From: an uncultured Candidatus Saccharibacteria bacterium
Lineage (GTDB): Bacteria; Patescibacteriota; Saccharimonadia; Saccharimonadales; Saccharimonadaceae
Reading direction: 5' to 3'
Assembly (NCBI GenBank): GCA_946187605.1
Contig: CAMHRH010000001.1
Coordinates: 1-27,204, forward strand
DNA: 27,204 nt
Shown: in pieces, positions 15,958-23,640 of the stretch
Position numbering within the stretch: the stretch's first letter is position 1
Layout of the letters: each line of letters opens with the position of its first letter
Notes under the pieces: generated by a model
What the model was told of the DNA's origin: nothing
Databases searched by the model: none
Seen by the model: only the letters and a program-made list of their open reading frames with translations
Position numbers and translations under genes: made by a program

Positions 15958-17112
15958 ATGACCTACGAGGAGTCCAGCGAAAAAGTACGCCAAGCGTTGG
16001 CGAAATTTTCTAATACCAATTCAGAAGATTGGTTCCTATGTCTTAAAGCTCGCTTCGGTATGGCAGAGATTTTTTATGCACTTCATGATATAAAACCTAA
16101 TGCAGAAATCATAACTTGCCCATATACATGCATAACAGCAATAAATCCAATTCTCGTCGCCGGATTAAAACCGATCTATGCGGACATAACACCAGACTAT
16201 CTAAGCATTTATGCACCAGATGACGTTTTAGTGGGCAAAAAAACTGCCGCAATTGTTATGCAACACACCCTAGGCATCATAAAGAACAAGCAAAAAATTG
16301 CAAATTTTGCTAAAAAACATCAGATACTACTCATCGAAGACTCCGCACACTGCCTTACCCGCTTCGCCAGAGACAAAGAAAATAACATCATATCTGATAT
16401 ATCAATCCACTCGTTCGGCGTCGAAAAAATCCTCACGACCACAAAATTCGGCGGAGCTATCTACGTCAATCCCCTGCTTCGCGAAAAAAATCCAGAATTA
16501 TATAAAAATATCACCACGCGACTTAAAAATCTACCAAAACCAGATCGCTCCATGAGTTTTCGCATGCGGACATATCGTTACAATAACGCCGTTTTACAAA
16601 GGCTCCCATCCGGAATCAAGCAAAATCTCCGAAATTTCGAAATAAAAACCGGCATTCTTGAGCCAGCAATCTACCCTTTTGAGCAAGAAGCAAAGCAAGA
16701 CCAATCACAAACCACAAACAGCTATATCAACGAACGCATATTATCTCAAATTGAAACTCTAAAATCCAACTTTATTCGCCGCGAAGCTAACGTCAACTTA
16801 TACCAAAAACACCTAAAATCTAAGAAATTCGAGAAAATCATCACAAAAACTGAGCCGCTACTGGCATACCCTATTATTTTCAACACCACCACTCAGGCCA
16901 ACCAGGCCTACGCCATGCTCAGCTCGGAATCCTATTTTATCCGCCGCTGGTATTCCCCACTACTCTACCCAGGCCCGAAAAACATCAAAGATTACTTCTA
17001 TAATCCTAAAAAATGCCCGATCGCCGAAAAAATCTGCCAAAAAACCTTATGCCTACCAACAGATTTGCCAATAATCGAAACACAGAAAATCATCAAGCTG
17101 CTAAACGATTAA
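15958..17112 (+). CDS. DegT/DnrJ/EryC1/StrS-family PLP-dependent aminotransferase
   Basis: YTCITAINPILVAGLKPIYADI, IEDSAH, SFGVEK (PLP Lys), CPIAEKIC...LCLP. Confidence 0.88.
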   Translation: MTYEESSEKVRQALAKFSNTNSEDWFLCLKARFGMAEIFYALHDIKPNAEIITCPYTCITAINPILVAGLKPIYADITPDYLSIYAPDDVLVGKKTAAIVMQHTLGIIKNKQKIANFAKKHQILLIEDSAHCLTRFARDKENNIISDISIHSFGVEKILTTTKFGGAIYVNPLLREKNPELYKNITTRLKNLPKPDRSMSFRMRTYRYNNAVLQRLPSGIKQNLRNFEIKTGILEPAIYPFEQEAKQDQSQTTNSYINERILSQIETLKSNFIRREANVNLYQKHLKSKKFEKIITKTEPLLAYPIIFNTTTQANQAYAMLSSESYFIRRWYSPLLYPGPKNIKDYFYNPKKCPIAEKICQKTLCLPTDLPIIETQKIIKLLND

Positions 17113-17157
17113 TTTAGCTCTAATGCGCGAAGCGCAAAAAAATTTTTTTTCAAAAAA

Positions 17158-17364
17158 TCACTTTTTATCAAAATCAGACAGATCAAACAAAGGACGCTTC
17201 CCCTCGTCCTTAATTTTTTGCGCTTTTTTTAGCAATTTTCGCAAACCAAGTTCTGAATTAGCCGAACCGACATGAACCGTCTTAACGACTTCCCCGTTCT
17301 GCTTCCAGCAAACCTGAACACCAGTTGCTCCGCTTAAAGTCTTGAACTTCCTAATAAAGGCCAT
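17158..17364 (-). CDS. 68-aa protein resembling the N-terminal domain of IS1634-family transposases; no DDE domain follows
   Basis: MAFIRKFKTLSGATGVQV.WK...VVKT.HVGSA..E..L..LL..A resembles IS1634 N-termini as I recall them; TG-T-TAAAAT lies 6 nt before ATG 17364. Confidence 0.6.
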   Translation of the reverse strand: MAFIRKFKTLSGATGVQVCWKQNGEVVKTVHVGSANSELGLRKLLKKAQKIKDEGKRPLFDLSDFDKK

Positions 17365-17563
17365 AAGCACATTTTAACATTTCCCCATTTTTATGCACAC
17401 AGGCCAGCTAAAAATAACCATAACAATAATCTAATTATTAGCACCCACTTGCATTAGCATCCCGCTTACGTTATACTAAGACCATCAAACGTATTGTTTG
17501 GTAGGTTGAGTAAATATCATAGGAAAGAGCATAGTCCTAAAATATTTACTATGTTTTGTCAAT

Positions 17564-17579
17564 GGTTTCACGTGAAAAC
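17564..17579. other. parS-like palindrome
   Basis: GGTTTCACGTGAAAAC vs consensus TGTTTCACGTGAAACA (13/16; GTTTCACGTGAAA identical). Confidence 0.4.
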
Positions 17580-17785
17580 ATAAGCGTATTTTTATGCATT
17601 TTTTCATGTGATTTTTTTATTAAATAACACAACCTACCCCTGTTAGCCAAGCAAAAAACAGAGAAGGGAACGCGCCGGACGAACTATATAGCAACCGTAT
17701 AAGCGCCCTTAAAAATATGTCATAATATGGATTCAAATCAATACAGTAATACTTCTCCTACCCCTGTTATAAACCAGCAAAGCTA

Positions 17786-17794
17786 TGCTATAAT
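17786..17794 (+). promoter_or_regulatory. Extended -10 promoter of leaderless valS
   Basis: TG-C-TATAAT-atagcc-ATG. Confidence 0.75.
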
Positions 17795-17800
17795 ATAGCC

Positions 17801-20362
17801 ATGAAATTCAGCAAAGCTTACGAACCGGATCAATACGAACCGGAAATTTATGCATTATGGGAAAAGTCCGACGCCTTTAAGCCGCGTGCGGACAAAAAAG
17901 CAGAGAACTATACGATAGTTATGCCACCGCCAAACGCCAACGGCAACCTCCATATCGGACACGGTCTCACAATCGCACTAGAAGACATTCTTACACGCTA
18001 CCACCGACTCAAAGGTGACAATACCTGGTATATTCCTGGAGCCGACCATGCCGGATTTGAAACATGGGTAGTTTACGAAAGAAAGCTCGATTCAGAAGGC
18101 AAAACGCGCTTCGACTACAGTCGCGACGATCTCTACTCGCAAGTATGGAACTTCGTCCATGAGCAGCGCGGCAATATGGAGCTACAACTTCGTGCACTAG
18201 GCGCATCTTGCGACTGGAGTTCGCTAACATTCACGCTTGATCAAAAAGTCGTCGATACCGTCTATAACACTTTCGAAAAGCTCTGGAAACAAGGCCTCAT
18301 CTATAGAGGGAAAAAACTTGTAAACTATTGTACAAAACATCAAACCGCCTTTGCTGATATCGAAGTAACTCATAAAGACGAAAAGGGCAAACTATGGCAG
18401 ATCGCCTACCCACTCGTTACGCCAAAAGCTGGCATCACAGAGCTAATCGTCTCAACTACGCGCCCAGAAACCCTTATGGGCGATACTGCAGTCGCAGTTA
18501 ATCCTAAAGATGAACGCTACAAGAACATAATTGGACAGAAAGTCAAGCTACCACTCACTGACCGCAAAATTGAAATAATCGCCGACGAACATGCTGACCC
18601 TGAATATGGAACTGGCGTCGTAAAAATCACCCCAGCACACGATCAGAACGACTATGAGGTAGGCCAACGCCACAATCTCGAAATGATTACAGTTATTGGC
18701 TTTGATGGCAAGATGACACTAGCCGCCGGCGCCAATTACGAAGGCCTTACGACAACCGAAGCTCGCCAAAAAGTTTTAGCCGACCTCGAAGACCAAGGCC
18801 TCCTCAGAGGGGAAGAACCAATCGTTCACTCAGTTGGCCACTGCTACAAATGCGATACCGTCATCGAACCGCTCCTCAAAGAGCAATGGTTCGTCAACGT
18901 CAAGCCACTCGCAACCGAAGCAATTAATGCTCTCAAAGAAAACCGCATCAAATTCCACCCAGAGAACAAAAAACGCGTCCTCATCGATTATCTTAAAAAC
19001 CTCAAAGACTGGAACATTTCACGCCAGATTCCATGGGGCATCCCAATCCCGGCCTTCGTCAATATCGACGACCCAACTGACTGGATTTTCGATACACGCG
19101 TCGACCAATCCGAAATCGAAAAGAATGGCAAAACCTATCGCCGCGACGAGGATACTTTTGATACTTGGTTTAGCTCTGGACAATGGCCATACATCACCAC
19201 CAGTGACCGCAAACAACATTACCCAATCAGCGTAATGGAGACGGCAGCCGACATCCTCTTCCCATGGGTTGGCCGCATGATTATGCTTGGCCTCTACAAT
19301 ACTGGCGACGTTCCTTTCAAAGACGTCTACCTTCACGGCCTCGTGCTCGACGAAAAGGGCATCAAAATGTCCAAATCCAAAGGCAACGTCATTAACCCAA
19401 TTGAAATCGTCGCAAAATACGGCTCCGACGCACTCCGCCTCGGTCTTATCGCTAGCCGCAGCGCCGGCGTAAATCAAGCCTTTAGCAGCTCTAAAGTCGT
19501 CGCCAGCCGCAACCTTTGCAACAAGATCTGGAACATTTCACGCCTCATTCAAGACATGGTAGATAACTCTGAGACCGAAGCCGTCGAACTCGAAATCAAG
19601 AGCAACGGGGAAGACTGGATTATTCGCGAAATCAACCGCACAAACAAAGAAATCCAAAAGCTCCTCGAGCACTATCGCTTCGCGGAAGCCGGTGACGCCA
19701 TCTACGATCTCATTTGGAACAAATACGCAGACTGGTTCCTCGAGGGCGAAAAACTCTGGAAGAACATACCGCTCCTCAAGAGCACACTCGAGCAAATCTT
19801 GATTATGCTTCACCCATTCGCACCATTCGTCACCGAAACCATCTGGCAAACCTTAAGCTGGACCGACGGCATGGTCATCACCGCAAAATGGCCTCAGGAG
19901 CTCAAATTCAGCCCCGCAAAGGCTAAAAACTTTGAAGAGCTAATCACTATCGTCACTAACGTCAGAAGTCACTTCCAGAGCCTCCCAGGCGCAAATAGCT
20001 ATCCAATCGCATTCTACGACGACAAACTCATCTACGACAACCAGCTGCTCATCCAGCACTACACCAAAGCACCTGGCGTTCCACAAATCAAACCAGAAGA
20101 CGCCAAAGGCCTACATCTCGCCATCGCAGGGCACCCAAACATTTATCTCGAAATCCCAGCCGATATTCACGCAAAATACAAAGCAAATCTCGAGAATCGC
20201 ATTATGAGCCTCGGTCGCGAAATTGAAGTCCTCGAAACACGCCTACGCAATCCAAGCTACGTCAAGAAAGCACCAAAAGAACTCGTAGATGAAACCAAGA
20301 ATCAACTCGAAACAAAACAAAAACTCCTCGACGATATGAAGGCTGAGTTCGAACTCGCCTAA
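17801..20362 (+). CDS. valS: Valine--tRNA ligase
   Basis: PPPNANGNLHIGH, DHAG, STTRPETLMGD, TPAHD, WNISRQIPWG, DTWFSS, KMSKSKGN, C-terminal coiled coil. Confidence 0.98.
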   Translation: MKFSKAYEPDQYEPEIYALWEKSDAFKPRADKKAENYTIVMPPPNANGNLHIGHGLTIALEDILTRYHRLKGDNTWYIPGADHAGFETWVVYERKLDSEGKTRFDYSRDDLYSQVWNFVHEQRGNMELQLRALGASCDWSSLTFTLDQKVVDTVYNTFEKLWKQGLIYRGKKLVNYCTKHQTAFADIEVTHKDEKGKLWQIAYPLVTPKAGITELIVSTTRPETLMGDTAVAVNPKDERYKNIIGQKVKLPLTDRKIEIIADEHADPEYGTGVVKITPAHDQNDYEVGQRHNLEMITVIGFDGKMTLAAGANYEGLTTTEARQKVLADLEDQGLLRGEEPIVHSVGHCYKCDTVIEPLLKEQWFVNVKPLATEAINALKENRIKFHPENKKRVLIDYLKNLKDWNISRQIPWGIPIPAFVNIDDPTDWIFDTRVDQSEIEKNGKTYRRDEDTFDTWFSSGQWPYITTSDRKQHYPISVMETAADILFPWVGRMIMLGLYNTGDVPFKDVYLHGLVLDEKGIKMSKSKGNVINPIEIVAKYGSDALRLGLIASRSAGVNQAFSSSKVVASRNLCNKIWNISRLIQDMVDNSETEAVELEIKSNGEDWIIREINRTNKEIQKLLEHYRFAEAGDAIYDLIWNKYADWFLEGEKLWKNIPLLKSTLEQILIMLHPFAPFVTETIWQTLSWTDGMVITAKWPQELKFSPAKAKNFEELITIVTNVRSHFQSLPGANSYPIAFYDDKLIYDNQLLIQHYTKAPGVPQIKPEDAKGLHLAIAGHPNIYLEIPADIHAKYKANLENRIMSLGREIEVLETRLRNPSYVKKAPKELVDETKNQLETKQKLLDDMKAEFELA

Positions 20363-20377
20363 CTATCGCCACAAGCT

Positions 20378-20408
20378 AAAAAGAACGGGCAAGGCACCCG
20401 TTCTTTTT
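20378..20408 (+). terminator. Intrinsic terminator of valS
   Basis: 12-bp stem AAAAAGAACGGG / CCCGTTCTTTTT. Confidence 0.8.
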
Positions 20409-20418
20409 ATTCCTATGC

Positions 20419-20447
20419 TTGACAATTTAGCAAATCTATGATATTAT
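20419..20447 (+). promoter_or_regulatory. Sigma70 promoter of the 247-aa orphan
   Basis: TTGACA-N17-TATTAT with TG extension; AAGGAG SD downstream. Confidence 0.75.
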
Positions 20448-20514
20448 AAAAGTACTAGTTATCTCTGCAATACGGCAGACTAGTGAACTTTAGACAATAA
20501 GGAGCTGATTATGA

Positions 20515-21258
20515 ATGAGCATAAGCATACGCATGTTATGGGGGAACAGTCCCGAAACATTAAAAATACCACCAATAAAAGACTACAAAGAGCACATCGA
20601 TAACGCATATCGGTGGCTAACCAACAGTCAAAACGGCCTGTCAGATATCCAGAATATGAAAATGCCGGCGCTGGCGCTGCCAAGTATTCCAAATTACGAG
20701 GAATACGAACCAGCAGCCTACAATTGGGCAAAATCATTATCGCTCAACCAGGAGCGACGCCCATTCGACGGGACACTCGATGGACTGGTGGCAAACTATA
20801 CAAATCATTGCTCTATCTTCATAGGGCAAGAAGGTGACGGCTTCCTAAGAGTATTTTGGCACGAGTCAAAGAAGAGTATCATCTACTCATTAAGCAAACG
20901 CGTAGTTGAGCAAATGAAGATCAACAACCGGAACCTTCTAAACTATTTACTCCGAAACGGGGTATATGCATTCCTCGAGAGGAATGCCAACATCCAAGAT
21001 GCGATCCAATACATTCCGTCCCTGGATGATTATGTATCCCCCTACGGGACGCATATGTCACTCTTCGTTAACAGCACCAAAAAAGACGACGCTTTTTTGC
21101 GCTTCTACGATAGAGGACAGAAAACAGAAGCAGTCATGCGCATACGCACCTCAAATCTCGACTCCGAACTTACTGAGTACTTAGTAAGAAACGGGGTATA
21201 TGCATTCCTTGAGAGTACAGACGAGTACGAGTGCGAACGCGTATTCCACACAACATAA
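20515..21258 (+). CDS. Hypothetical protein with a tandemly duplicated ~78-aa domain
   Basis: H.S[IL]F[IV]...D.FLR...YL[LV]RNGVYAFLE occurs twice; own promoter and terminator. Confidence 0.75.
   Translation: MSISIRMLWGNSPETLKIPPIKDYKEHIDNAYRWLTNSQNGLSDIQNMKMPALALPSIPNYEEYEPAAYNWAKSLSLNQERRPFDGTLDGLVANYTNHCSIFIGQEGDGFLRVFWHESKKSIIYSLSKRVVEQMKINNRNLLNYLLRNGVYAFLERNANIQDAIQYIPSLDDYVSPYGTHMSLFVNSTKKDDAFLRFYDRGQKTEAVMRIRTSNLDSELTEYLVRNGVYAFLESTDEYECERVFHTT
20954..21215 (+). repeat. 28-nt direct repeat, one mismatch, 234-nt period
   Basis: gaaacggggtatatgcattcct[c/t]gagag at 20954-20981 and 21188-21215. Confidence 0.9.
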
Positions 21259-21264
21259 AGCACG

Positions 21265-21290
21265 GCCTCGCCAACCCGGCGGGGCTTTTT
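21265..21290 (+). terminator. Intrinsic terminator
   Basis: GCCTCGCC-AACCC-GGCGGGGC-TTTTT. Confidence 0.8.
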
Positions 21291-21295
21291 GCTAC

Positions 21296-21324
21296 TTGAC
21301 AAAACATAAGAAGTTTGCTATAGT
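21296..21324 (+). promoter_or_regulatory. Sigma70 promoter of the 123-aa orphan; near-copy of the 760-788 promoter
   Basis: TTGACA-N17-TATAGT with TG extension. Confidence 0.75.
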
Positions 21325-21374
21325 GAAAGTATCGGGTATCACAAAAACAAAAACCAAACAAAAAAGGAGATTTT

Positions 21375-21746
21375 GTGAACGCAGAAAAGCCAAGCTACAC
21401 AAAAGAGGAGTGCATACAAGATATTCAGGAAGAAAATGCCTGGTTGCAAGAACAGCAAGAAAAAGCTGAAGCAGCCGGTGACGCCGATACGGCTAAGAAA
21501 GCTGCTGGCTATATCCTGAAGAACGAGAATCTTCTCAAAGCTCTAAACGGCGAACCTGCCCCAGACTCAAGCCCAACCCCAGGCCCAGAAGGCGCCATGC
21601 AAATCGCCAATGCTACATCCAGCGAAAACGAACCACTCGCTAAAGACGAAGACGAGTACACAGTCTTAGCCGATGGAACCATCTTCAAAAATAAAGCCGA
21701 CGCATTGCAAGCGAAAGCAGGCGTCGATGAAAAATTCGAACGCTAA
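21375..21746 (+). CDS. Acidic hypothetical protein (123 aa, GTG start)
   Basis: AAAGGAG SD 6 nt before GTG; helical N-terminal half, Pro-rich linker; own promoter and terminator. Confidence 0.75.
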   Translation: MNAEKPSYTKEECIQDIQEENAWLQEQQEKAEAAGDADTAKKAAGYILKNENLLKALNGEPAPDSSPTPGPEGAMQIANATSSENEPLAKDEDEYTVLADGTIFKNKADALQAKAGVDEKFER

Positions 21747-21770
21747 TAGAATATTGCGATGTTCTCACAG

Positions 21771-21797
21771 AAAAGTAGCCCCAAGGGGCTACTTTTT
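21771..21797. terminator. Bidirectional intrinsic terminator
   Basis: AAAAGTAGCCC-CAAG-GGGCTACTTTT between convergent genes. Confidence 0.85.
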
Positions 21798-21803
21798 GCT
21801 GTC

Positions 21804-22175
21804 CTAGAATGCAAGTTTTTCTTGAATTTCTTTAAACTCATCTTCTGTCAAACTAAGAGTACGGCCATATTCCCAAGATTCATCCATCGGCATCAAATGC
21901 ACATGCGCGTGCGGCACATCAGTACCAATCACCTTCATTAAAGTACGGCGGCCAGATACCTCCTCCATATGCGCCGAAACCTTTTTAACAGCCGCCCACA
22001 ACGCACTCCAGTCCTCATCCGGCAGATCATAAATCTTATCAACTTCAACTTTCGGAACAACCAAAGTATGCCCCTTACTCTCCGGATTTATATCAAGAAA
22101 TGCATAAGTCTTATCATCTTCATAGATTTTATAGGACGGAATCTCGCCCGCGATAATCTTCGAAAAAATACTATT
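21804..22175 (-). CDS. HIT-family nucleotide hydrolase; homology extends 37 codons upstream of the TTG at 22064 but no canonical start exists (possible pseudogene or ATT start at 22169)
   Basis: In-frame NSIFSKIIAGEIPSYKIYEDDKTYAFLDINPESKGHTLVVPK...VPHAHVHL; in-frame TAA at 22176-22178. Confidence 0.8.
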   Translation of the reverse strand, partial: NSIFSKIIAGEIPSYKIYEDDKTYAFLDINPESKGHTLVVPKVEVDKIYDLPDEDWSALWAAVKKVSAHMEEVSGRRTLMKVIGTDVPHAHVHLMPMDESWEYGRTLSLTEDEFKEIQEKLAF

Positions 22176-22216
22176 TTAACAAAAAAAACGACCCCTAGAG
22201 GCCGGTTCATTCTTCC

Positions 22217-22304
22217 TGGCGGAAGCGAGAGGATTCGAACCTCCGAGACCTTGCGGCCTACACGATTTCGAGTCGTGCGCCTTCAACCACTCGGCCACGC
22301 TTCC
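22217..22304 (-). tRNA. tRNA-Ser(CGA), CCA encoded
   Basis: GGAAGCG acceptor stem; anticodon arm CACGA-CTCGAAA-TCGTG; long variable arm; GGTTCGAATCC; promoter TTGAAG-N17-TAAGAT upstream. Confidence 0.97.
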
Positions 22305-22562
22305 ATCACTATCTTATCACAGAACCGCCACCCCTTCAACGAGCGCATTGCGCACTTTGTTTCCAAAGTAGAAACTAGCTCCACCGAATATATTCTTTCT
22401 ATCTGTAAAATAACATTATTTCCCAGCAACCACCATTATCACGGATAATTTACACTTTTAACTATGCAAGCTGATATATTTATCATCCTTAGTCTAACAG
22501 ATGTATAATAGCTAAAAGAACCATTATTGAAACTAACCCACGGGCTAACAAAAAGGAAAGAG

Positions 22563-23621
22563 ATGTATTATTTAAACCCACGACTAGTCAATCTTGAACG
22601 CATATTCGACCAGAATGAACGTAGTAGCTATCTGCGCCTCGATCTAAACGAAAACCCAGGAGGCCTCCCAAAAACGATTATTGATGATGCGCTATCCGAA
22701 ATCACTCCAGAACTAGTCGCGGAATATCCAGAGACTGCACATTTTACAAAAGTATTAGCAAAACATATCAAAGCTACACCGCAAAACATTTGCCTGACTA
22801 ACGGCTCCGCCGAAGCTATTCGCTATGTCATTGAAGCCTATACAGGCGAGAATGGCAAGATTATTGGCGTAGTGCCATCATACTTCATGTTCCAAGTCTA
22901 TTCCGAAATGTATGGCCGCAACTTCGTAAAAGTGCCGTATTCAGATTCTCTCGATATGAATATTGACGACATCCTTAAAGAGATGACTGACGACGCCCAA
23001 CTTCTCATTCTACTAAACCCAAACAACCCTATGGGCAACGTTTATAGCGACGAAGAAGTAGCTAAGCTAATTGAACGAGCACAGGAAAAGCAAATCACAG
23101 TCCTCATTGACGAAGCATACCACTATTTCTATCCAAAAACTTTCATTAACTACGCCCTAAGCAATAAAAACGTCTTTGTTACTCGAACATTCTCTAAACT
23201 GTTTTCAATGGCAGGATGCCGCTTAGGCTATGTAGTCGGCCAGCCAGAAAGCGTTGCAATGGTTCAAAAACTAACAACTCCACATAACACTAATGTCTTT
23301 GCTCTCAAAATTGCAGAAAAAGTACTAACAACAAACGGAACACTAGATACACTCATAGATAACTTTAATCAAGGACGAGCCTATCTCATAAACTGGCTAG
23401 ATTTGAATAACTACAAGCATGCAGGCTCTGCCGGTAACTTTATATTTATTCAGCCAAAGACCGATGCCGAAAAGCTTGTAGAGCACATGAAAAGCGAGAA
23501 AAAAATTCTTATTAAAAGCTATCCTAATGTCGGAAAACTAGGAGACTGCCTTCGCGTGTCAATCGGCGAACAGACGTTTATGGAACAATTCACTAAAGCT
23601 CTTCTTGAATTAGATAAATAA
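22563..23621 (+). CDS. Class I/II PLP-dependent enzyme (HisC/CobD-like aminotransferase or decarboxylase); start likely ATG 22563
   Basis: RLDLNENP, LTNGSAEAI, NPNNPMG, IDEAY, RTFSKLFSMAGCRLGY (PLP Lys); AAAGGAAAG SD before ATG 22563. Confidence 0.85.
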   Translation: MYYLNPRLVNLERIFDQNERSSYLRLDLNENPGGLPKTIIDDALSEITPELVAEYPETAHFTKVLAKHIKATPQNICLTNGSAEAIRYVIEAYTGENGKIIGVVPSYFMFQVYSEMYGRNFVKVPYSDSLDMNIDDILKEMTDDAQLLILLNPNNPMGNVYSDEEVAKLIERAQEKQITVLIDEAYHYFYPKTFINYALSNKNVFVTRTFSKLFSMAGCRLGYVVGQPESVAMVQKLTTPHNTNVFALKIAEKVLTTNGTLDTLIDNFNQGRAYLINWLDLNNYKHAGSAGNFIFIQPKTDAEKLVEHMKSEKKILIKSYPNVGKLGDCLRVSIGEQTFMEQFTKALLELDK

Positions 23622-23640
23622 TCTCTAAAAGGAAACCGCC

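Noticed and set aside
17640-17800. T-box riboswitch upstream of valS
   Set aside because: AAGGGAACGCG only loosely resembles the T-box, there is no UGGN bulge or terminator, and valS has a leaderless promoter.
20511-20603. 30-aa ORF from ATG 20511, which is best spaced to the AAGGAG SD
   Set aside because: It overlaps the long ORF in another frame; ATG 20515 is still within usable SD distance and gives the repeat-containing protein.
20954-21215. Diversity-generating retroelement TR/VR pair
   Set aside because: The single mismatch is C/T rather than at adenines, both copies are in one reading frame, and no reverse transcriptase is present.
9172-22304. Prophage or genomic island integrated at either tRNA-Ser
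   Set aside because: No integrase and no duplicated tRNA 3' end (att) was found in the window.
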